Assembly: GCA_977017575.1 (NCBI GenBank)
Contig: CDRNVI010000171.1
Span: forward strand, 1-28,990
DNA: 28,990 nucleotides
Reading direction: 5' to 3'
Source of the DNA: Paramoeba atlantica
Taxonomy: Eukaryota > Protista > Discosea
How positions within the stretch are numbered: the stretch's first letter is position 1; each line of letters starts with the position of its first letter. The notes under the pieces are model-generated. The model was not told where the DNA came from. It saw nothing but the letters and a program-made list of their open reading frames with translations, and ran no database searches. Shown one piece after another: positions 10,801-19,685 of the stretch. The translations under genes and the position numbers were made by a program.

Positions 10801-13800
10801 GGAGAAACCCCTCTTTATGTTGCTGTCAAAGAAGGATATGGACAAATTGTTCAACTTTTATTGGAAAAAGGTGGAGCAAATATTGATTCTCAAAATTTGG
10901 TTTTTTCCTCTTTTTTTTTATTAAAGAGTTTTTTTTTTGTGGATGAACATATTAAAAACACTCAAAGACTTTTTTATTTTTTCATTTTCTATTTTTTTAT
11001 GACCAAAGGGTGGTGTCACTCCTCTTTTGATTGCTGCTCACAATGGACATGAACAAATTGTTCAAATTTTATTGGAAAAAGGAAAACCAAATATTGATCT
11101 TGCAAATCAGGTTATTTTGTTGATTGTTTCTTTTTCTTTTTCTTTTTCTTTTTTTTTTTTCACTTTCTCATTTTTCTATTTTTTTTTCATGTAAAAAGGC
11201 TGGAGTAACTCCTCTTTATATTGCTGCTCAAGAAGGACATGAAAACATTGTTCAAATTTTATTGGAAAAAGGAAACCCAAATGTGAATTTTCAAAGAAAG
11301 GTTTTCTTTTTTCTTAACATTTGAAAAGAGAGTATTGTTCCTTGTGATGAAATATTATTTGATATTTCTTTGTTGTAATTGATATTTTTTTTCTCACTTT
11401 CTTTTTCTCATTTGTTTGTAATTTTTTTCTCTAAAGTTTGCATTCACTCCCCTTTATGTTGCTATTGAAAATGGCCATGAACAAATTGTTCAACTTTTAT
11501 TGAATGGAGGAGCAAATGTTCATCTTGCAGAATCAGTTCTCCTTCTTTTTACTTTATTTTGTAATTTTAAAAATAGATAGAACCCAAAAACAAAAACAAA
11601 ATTCTTTTTCATTCTTTCCCTCTTTTTCTTTCAGAAATTTGGACAAACTCCACTTGATACTGCTTCTTTTAATGGACATGCACAAATTGTTGAAATGTTA
11701 TTGAACAGAGGAGCAAATGCCAATTCTCGAAGAAAGGTTGAATTATTAAATTATATTTTGACATATTTTGTCATGATATTTTTTTTTTTAAAGGATGGAG
11801 CAACTCCACTCTATATTGCTGCTCAAAAAGGATATGAACAAATTGTTCAAATTTTATTGGAAAAGGGAAGAGCAAATGCTGATCTTGCTGATCAGGTTCT
11901 CTCTTATTTTTATTTTGAATTTGTTGAAAGCTTTGATTTTTTTTTATCTTTTTCTTTCTTTCTTATCTTTTGTTCCCAAGGGATATGGACAAACCCCACT
12001 TGATACTGCTGCTTTTAGAGGACATCATCAAATTGTTCAACTTTTATTAGAAAAAGGAAAAGCAAATGTTAATTCTCAAAGAAAGGTTTTTTTTCTATTT
12101 TTCTTTTTCTTTTTTTCTTATTTTTGATAGAATGTTTTTTGTTTTTCTAATTGAAAAACCAAACACTCAAAATATTTGAAATTTATTTAACATAACTTCA
12201 AAAAAAGTTCCTTTCTCATTTTTCTTTTTTTATATCAAAAGGATGGAACAACTCCTCTTTATGTTGCTGCTGAAAAAGGGCATGAACAAATTGTTCAAAT
12301 TTTATTAGAAAAAGGAAAACCAAATGTTGATCTTGCAGATCAGGTTATTTTATTTTATTTGTTACAACTTTATTAGAAATTTTTTTTTTCATTTTTCTAT
12401 TTTTTAATCAAAAAGGATGGAACAACTCCTCTTTACATTGCTGCTGAAAAAGGATATGAACAAATTGTTCAACTTTTATTGGAAAAAGGAGCAAATGTTG
12501 ATCTTGCTGAAAAGGTTCTTTTTATGATATTTTAATTTGTTGATTTAATTTGATTTCTTTTTCTATTTTTCATGTTCTCACTTTTTTTTTTTTTAAAAGG
12601 AGGGAAGGACTCCTCTTTATCTTGCTGCTGAAAAAGGATATGAACAAATTGTTCAACTCTTGTTGGAAAAAGGAAGAATACATGTTGACCTTGCAAATAA
12701 GGTAATTTTGTTGATTGCTTTCTTTTTTTTTTTTTTTTTTCATTTTCGATTTTTTTTTTAATGTCAAGGATGGAACAACTCCTCTTTATATTGCTGCTCA
12801 AAAAGGGCATGAACTAATTGTTCAACTTTTATTAGAAAAAAGAAAAGCAAATATTAATTCTCAAAGAGAGGTTCTTTTTTCTTTTTCTTTTTTCTTTTTT
12901 GAAAAATATTTTTGAATTTGAAAGTGTTTAAACATTCAAAATATCTGAAATTTATTTGATACAACTTTTTTGGAAAATACCTTTTTCATTATTTTTAATT
13001 TCAAGGATGGAGCAACTCCCCTTTTTATTGCTGCTCAAGAAGGACATGAACAAGTTGTTCAACTTTTATTGGAAAAAGGAAAACCAAGTGTTGATCTTGC
13101 AGATCAGGTTAATTTGTTTATTTGATTCTTTTTCTTTCCTTTTTCTTTTTCACTTTTTCATTTTTCTCCTTTTTTTATTCATGTAAAGGATGGAGTAACT
13201 CCTCTTTTTATTGCTGCTCAAGAAGGACATGAACAAGTTGTTCAAATTTTATTGAAAAATGGAGCAAATGTTGATCTTCCAGCTCAGGTTCTTTTTCTTG
13301 TTTTTAAATTTTAAATGTGTTGATTTGTTTTTTTTCTTTTTTACTTATTTTTTTCCCTCATTTTCATTTTTCTCCTTTTTGATTATTTAAAAGGATGGAA
13401 TAACTCCTCTTTCTATTGCTACTGACATTGGACATGAACAAATTGTTCAAATTTTATTGGAAAAAGGAGGAGCAAATGCTGATCTTGCAGAGAAGGTTAT
13501 TTGTTTATTATTATTTTATTTTTATTTTTATTTTTATTGATTCAATTTTCTATTTTTTTTTCAGTTTCTCATTTTTCTTTTTTTTTTGATTAAAAGGATG
13601 GAGCAACTCCTCTTTTTATTGCTGCTGAAAATGGATATGAACAAATTGTGAAAATTTTATTGGAAAAAGGAGGAGCAAATGCTAATCTTTCAAGATTGGT
13701 TTATTTTTTTATTCTTTTTTTTGAATTATATTTTCTTATTTTCTCTTTGTTAATAAAAGGATGGAGAAACCCCTCTTTCTGTTGCTGCTCAAAAAGGATA

Positions 13801-13873
13801 TGAACAAATTGTTCAAATTTTATTGGAAAAAGAAAAATCAAATATTGATCTTGCAATTCTTCTTTTAAAATAA
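7867..13873 (+). CDS. Large ankyrin-repeat protein: polyQ/Glu-rich N-terminus plus 27 ankyrin repeats, each on its own phase-0 exon
   Basis: Exons: 7867-8037, 8115-8201, then ANK exons 8349-8447, 8580-8684, 8837-8938, 8996-9097, 9197-9298, 9498-9599, 9687-9788, 9926-10024, 10116-10217, 10414-10515, 10599-10700, 10798-10899, 11009-11110, 11199-11300, 11437-11535, 11635-11736, 11794-11895, 11981-12085, 12242-12343, 12416-12514, 12600-12701, 12769-12870, 13006-13107, 13189-13287, 13394-13495, 13597-13698, 13760-13873 (TAA). Internal ANK exons are 99/102/105 nt, AG/GT-flanked and stop-free. Consensus: DGxTPLxxAAxxGHEQIVQ(I/L)LLEKGxxNV(D/N)xxxx. Confidence 0.92.
7882..7935 (+). repeat. Coding (CAA/CCA)n microsatellite encoding a Q/P tract
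   Basis: caacaaccgcaacaacaaccacaacaacaactacaaccacaaccacaacaacaa, in frame within ankyrin exon 1. Confidence 0.85.
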
Positions 13874-16746
13874 TATCTTAAATTATTTAATTTTTTTTTT
13901 ACTTTTAAAGCCTGTTATTTTTTATTTAATATTTAATATTTTCTTCATTGTTTTTCCCCTTTTTTCTGTTTCCTTTTTTTTTCTCTTTGATCTCTTCTTC
14001 TCTGCTATTAGACTTGAGTTATGTCAAATAAAAGAAAGTAACAAACGGAGAAATGGTGCAGAGACGAAACTGAGAAATAAACTCGGAAATCAAATCAGGG
14101 AAAAACAAGAGTGAGAGCTTTATTTTGACTTCGGTACTTAGCACTAACTATTCACAGAATGCAGAGGGCAAAGGACTAAGTCACCAAGTTCGCCAAAAGG
14201 AAGAATGGAGGTTTGGGAACTGGATCAGCAATTCGTCGAAGGGGAGAAATGGATCAAAAGAGTGATGTCATCATTGGAACAAAAAGACCACAAGCAAGCC
14301 TTAGGCTATTGCCAATTGACAGAAAGGCTGTGAGGAATCCTACTCCTTTCCCTTCTCTAACTCCTTATACTTAGAGTAATCCATCACCTGCATCTTCTTT
14401 TCCTAAAAAAGAAGAAGGTGGTTGTAAAGAGAGGCCCATATTTCTGTCAAAAATACAGAAAAGTGGATTTCAGTCATACAAAAGCCTCCCATGAGAATTG
14501 AGTGGTGAACATGTTTTCCCTCTTAAGGTTTTTTTTTTTGAATTGAGTTTGAAAATGTTTCACTCATACGAACACCACAGAGAGGATCTGGCTGATGTGT
14601 TAAAAGGGGTGGCTTTGAGTGCTCAGGAAAATTTTCTCTCTTTGCAGAGGAATACCTCCAGTTCTGACAAGCCCCACCTGCCAGGGAACCTGAGTGCACA
14701 TGGGAGATTTTCTGCAAAGAAAGCTCTACACCACATCCAATTTTTGAGAAAATGTGAATTTTAAAAATAAAGTTTAGGTCCATTTTTTTTGGTAGCAATC
14801 CAGTATTTAAAGGTGTTGTAAGCAACTTTTTGATGGTTATTAAGATGGTAATTTTATGTTTTTTTTCAGAGATCAGATTTACAAACCCAGCACCCATAAT
14901 TTAAAATCTATTTTCATTTTTCAAAGACTGGATTTCCAAATGTAACCCAACTTGGTTAGCTCAAAACTTGGTGTATTTTCCCATTCAAATCCTAAATAAA
15001 AGAGAAAGCCCAATATCTTTTTTGTCATGATGAAGAACTGTCCTACAAGCAATTGAGAGCCAAAATTCTTCAATCAAACAAAAATCTTTGTTGAAAGAGT
15101 CTTCGAGAAGGAGTTCAGGTTTGAACAGAGTGAGTGGTTTGTTTAGACATTTGAGGGAAAAACAAAAAACAAAAAGAAAAAAAAAGAAAAAAAAACAAAG
15201 AATTTGAACTAAATTGTTTTGGCTGTATTTTTCTAATAAAAAAAAAGAAAAAAAGTAATCTGAAAAGAATCCAAGATGAAAATTGTTAATTTTTTTGCTT
15301 TTTTTTCTTTCAAATTTTTGATTCTTTTTTCAAAATGCTTGCTAGATTCAATCTCAAAAGAAAAAAATGAATTCAATCACAAAAAAAGAAAAGAAGGAGA
15401 TTAAAAATGGAATTCTTGCTCTGTCAACCAATTCCCCATGATTCTTTCTGTTCTTCTTCATGGATATTATCACCAAAAAACCCTTTTCCTCTCTCAATGT
15501 TATTGTTTCCTCCTGTTCATTTTTCAAAGCCATTTAAGGATAATTATTCTACTCTTTCTCTCCTTCACCTTTATTATTTGATTGTTTTTGTTTTTTGACT
15601 GTATGAAAACTTGTAAAAACAAATAAGAGTTTAGTGTCTTGGAAAGTGCTTGAAGAGAAGGTTGTGTTTCTATTTGATCATCTTGTTTTTCTTTTTTTTT
15701 CTTTTTTTTCTTTTGTTTTTTTCTCCTTTTTTTCTTTCTTTTTTTTTCTTCCTTTTTATTCTTCCTTTTTATTCTCTCTTTTTTTCTCCTTTTTTTTCCT
15801 TCCTCTTTTTTCTTCTACCTCTTTTTTCTTTTTTTTTTTTTTTATTATTATTATCATTTTTAAAAATATCTTTTTTGAATTCACACACAATCCAGGTTTT
15901 TAAAATTGTTGGAAGAATGAGTTGAAAGAAAGCAAGTGGTTCACATGGACTCTTAAAACCAATGGATTATTCAAAACTGTGACAACCACATTATTTTAAT
16001 AAGAAAACCAGGAAAAAGCACTATTGTTGAGAACTTATTTTGAAACCAAACCAACAACAGTTTTTCTCCAAAATCCATTGTTGGCTTTGGAGCAGAAAGT
16101 TTTAGAAATGGAATTTCAAACTTTGGTGATTTCAAGTGTATTAACTCCCCAAACAAAGGATCTAAAACTCACTGAAATATCATCACATCATTTGGATTTT
16201 TTAGTAACCCATATCATTCATTATCATCTTCACAAACTGTGTTTGTTTCAAATCATCAGATTTCTTGAGGTTTTGAAAGTTTATTTATTAAATTTTAAGA
16301 AATTATAATCTTTTAAAATACACAAAAAAAAAATGAATTAACCTTTTTGAACAGCTTTCTTCACAACTTGCTTTCCAATGGGCAAACAATAAACAAGTTC
16401 TTGAATTAGTTTTTTTGAAATGCTGGACTTGAACTTTTCAAAAGTTCAAGTTTAGTGTTTCAAAAGGTTTATCCTTTTTAATTTGTATTCCTTCATCTTT
16501 ATTACAAAGAATCTTTGAAAAAATAAACCACTTTAAAGTTTGTAATCTCTTCTGTTTTCCTTTTGATTTGAAATGTAAAAACTTTCCCACACAGGGGTGG
16601 GCTCAAGCTGCACTTGCAGTTAGGGCAATTAGTGGGTTTGAATCAGACTACTGGAGAGGTTTCAACACCCTGAAAGTTAGCTGATATCATTGCCCACCTC
16701 AGCTCACAAACAGCCTCAATTTGACTTTCTTCCATTGTCCAAACTT

Positions 16747-16927
16747 TCAACTGTTGAAAAAAAACCAAGAAAAACATCAATCATTGAAAAAATAACTTCA
16801 ACAGTTGAAAAAAAACAACAAAGATTTTGACTGTCAAAAAAATAATTTTGACAGTTGAAAAAAAACAAAAAAAAATCAACTATTGAAAAAAAAGAGCTTT
16901 TTTTTTGTGTTTTTTTTTGACTGCTAA
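16747..16927. promoter_or_regulatory. Array of seven imperfect 11-bp palindromes separated by A/T tracts (putative decayed protein-binding sites)
   Basis: TCAACTGTTGA 16747, TCAATCATTGA 16777, TCAACAGTTGA 16798, TTGACTGTCAA 16827, TTGACAGTTGA 16848, TCAACTATTGA 16876, TTGACTGCTAA 16917. The regulatory function is inferred only. Confidence 0.45.
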
Positions 16928-18089
16928 AAAACAAAGCTGTCACTGGTTTTTTGTTTTGTTTTTCCTTTCTGAAACTGAAAAAAAGATTGAAAAGAGTGTT
17001 TGAGAGTGAGTTTTGAGGTGTTTTTTGAAGAAAAAAAAAGAATTTGTTTTTCTTTTCACTTTTTTATCATTAAATGAATTTACAGTAAGAAATCTCTTTC
17101 TATTTAAATCAATCAACAAAACAAATTCTTTTTTTTCCTTTCACAACATCATCATCTTCAACTTCAACACACAACCTTTTCTTTCAAATTAAACAATTCA
17201 ATCATCAAAAGAATAACAAATACACACTTTTTTTCCTTTTTCCTTTTCTTTTTTGTTTTATTTCTTCAACCTTCACCATTCTCATTCATCCAAAAAACAA
17301 ACAAATCAAAAGAAAGACCACAAGAGTGAACACATAGATATGATGTTAGATTTTTTTTTTGAAGACTTAAAAGGAATATTTAAAATCATTTCAACCCCAA
17401 AAAACACTATGATTGCAAGTGCAGCTTAAACTCACCCTTATGTGTTTTCTATTGTTTTTCATGAATAACAAAAGTGTTGATGATTGGAAGTTGTTCTATT
17501 TTTGTTCAGAAAAAAAATTGAAAAATTTATTACAAACCCTGTTCAATTGTCTTCTATTCAATTTGATGCCATCTTGTCACTCCACTCCTCTGATTGATCA
17601 CTATTTTTTCTAATGTTTATTTTATCCCTTTCTAATTTGATTTTGTCTTTGTTTCTTTCTACAAAAATGCTGTTTTTGTGTTTCTTTTTATTTTTGTCAT
17701 GATCACATCTCAACTGTCTTTTCACTACCCTCACATTTCTTTTTTTTGAGCAAATGTTTATTTTGTTTGTTTCTTTGAATAAATTTACATTTTTAATTTG
17801 ATCTTTGGTTTGGCTTTGCTTTTGTTTTGTCTATCTCTCCTAAGATCCAGTTGATCTAACATTTTTTGCAGAAGAAAAAAGACATAAGAAACCAAAACAC
17901 CTTTTGTATGACAAGAGAAGAAAAGACAATGTCCTTCAAGGTCAAAAAAAGTGAAGGGCAAACTGATTTTATTTTTCCTTTTTTAATAACAAATTTACAC
18001 AAAAAAGGAAATAAAAAGTTTTCCTTCAATTTCCTCAAGAAAAAAATGTGATTTCTTGATGATTCATACAACTTTTTTTTTCCTCATCA

Positions 18090-19200
18090 CATGCTAGTGC
18101 TTCTCCTCTGATTCAAAATAATCTGGGATACACTTCCCTCATGTTGGCTCTCCAAAAAAATTATTCGGAGACAGCAATGATTTTATTAGAAAAATCTTTA
18201 TTTTTGGGTTGTAGTTATGATGAATTACGTATTGGGGTGGAATCTGATGATGAAGCATTTAAGGATGGAAAGTGATTAAATGATCTTGCTGATGAAGAAA
18301 TTTTTCTAATTCTTCATTCTGCCACTCAATCAGAGGAAGCTGCTATTGTTGATTGATTGCTTTCAATTCCAGATTTTTGTGATGTAAATGAAGAAGCAGA
18401 AGATGGGAGTTCACCACTATCTTGTGCCTGTGGTGTTTTTGAGGAGTCTTTTTTTTTTTCTTTTTGAGGCAAACTTTATTCAATTAGTAGTTCTTAATTT
18501 AAGCCATTTGAATTACATTAAATTATGTTTGTTTTTAACCTCTAATGAGAGGTGAAGTTTTAAACTTCAGCTTAGTTCAGTTGGTCTTTATGCTGAACTT
18601 TAGAACTTCTGCAAGTTCAGGCTGGAGGATGCACATCAGAAGGGAGAATAATTCAAAGCTCCTTCTAAGGGAATTTATCCTCAACTTTTTAGCAGACAGG
18701 GTTGAAATGTAACCTGTTCCGATTTTCACACTTCTTCAAGAGCTCCTCACTCCAATCAAATCACTCTACAGCACCAGAAAAATTTTCTATAATATCGAAA
18801 AACTGGGATTTGAACTCACCCCCCTGGGGTTGGATATAGTCAAATTTACAACTAAACTACAGATGCCAACCCATGTGTTTTTGAGGAGTTTTGGTTTGAT
18901 TTTTCAAAAAAAAGTGCGAAAGAGATCAAACTTATTGTCACCAAGTTATTAGACCATAGTGCTAATCCAACAAAGAAAACTTTCTTAAATTTAGAACAAG
19001 ATTATGATGATTCAAAGATTTCAATTTTTCGAAAGTTTGTGATATGAGGAGAGACTGTCACTCAAGCTTTAGTTTTATCTGAAAAAGATTTATTAAACAA
19101 ACACAAACATGACAAAAGAACACTAGCAGCTATAAAATCTGCTCTTAATTTAATTCAGGAAAATACTTTTATGAAATCTGCTAAAAGATCTTCTTCTTGA
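18090..19200 (+). pseudogene. Ankyrin-repeat pseudogene fragment interrupted by a SINE
   Basis: The frame from 18090 reads QNNLGYTSLMLALQKNYSETAMILLEK...DVNEEAEDGSSPLSCACGVFEE. It resumes after the insertion as VFEEFWFDFSKKSAKEIKLIVTKLLDHSANP...SSS* (19200). In-frame TGA codons at 18273, 18354 and 19045. Confidence 0.75.
18448..18874 (-). mobile_element. tRNA-derived SINE (~427 bp) with poly(A) tail and 15-bp target-site duplication
   Basis: TSD GTGTTTTTGAGGAGT at 18433-18447 and 18875-18889. On the minus strand: A-box-like TGTAGTTTAGTTGTAAA (18861-18845), B-box-like GAGTTCAAATCCC (18817-18805), AATAAA (18480-18475) and A-rich tail (18465-18449). Removing the element and one TSD restores the ankyrin reading frame. 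Confidence 0.85.
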
Positions 19201-19685
19201 TTCGAGAGAAATTTGGCAAATCAACTTTTCAATTTGCCAAGAGATTTTCACAATCAAATCAATTTTATTGATTAAATTTTTTTCTTTTTCTTATTTCTCT
19301 TTCTGAAAAAGAAATATTCATTTTCCTTTTCTTCTCTCTCTCTCAGGTTCACAAATTGTATATCTCAAAGAGAATTTTGTTCTTTTCTCTTTTCTCTCTT
19401 CTCTCTCTCCTCTTCTGCAATTTTTCTCCTCAAAGCCACTTTATTAGCATCCATTTTTTTTCTTTGAAAAGTTATTTTATTAAAATTTTTCTTCTTCAAA
19501 TTGAGAATGAGTGCAAAGAAAAAATCAAATTTTTGAATTTGATTCAGTGAAAATTTTTTACTTTAATTTTTTTTGAAAGAATTTCATTTATTGTTGTTGT
19601 TGGTTTTTTTTTTCTTTTTTTTCTTGTTTTTTTCTTATTGTTTTATAGTTTGTGGGTTGGTTGGGTTCACAAGTTTGTTTTTTTG

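Noticed and set aside
8349-13873. CRISPR-like array (conserved ~100-bp units with variable spacers)
   Set aside because: The conserved units are ankyrin exons and the 'spacers' are GT-AG introns; there are no cas genes and the context is eukaryotic.
14010-16310. Balanced-composition patches with short ORFs (e.g. MEVWELDQQFVEGEKWIKRV at 14205; 14498-14764; GKST-like at ~16008)
   Set aside because: Probably relics of coding or transposon DNA, but no family could be recognised and the GKST lacks proper Walker A spacing.
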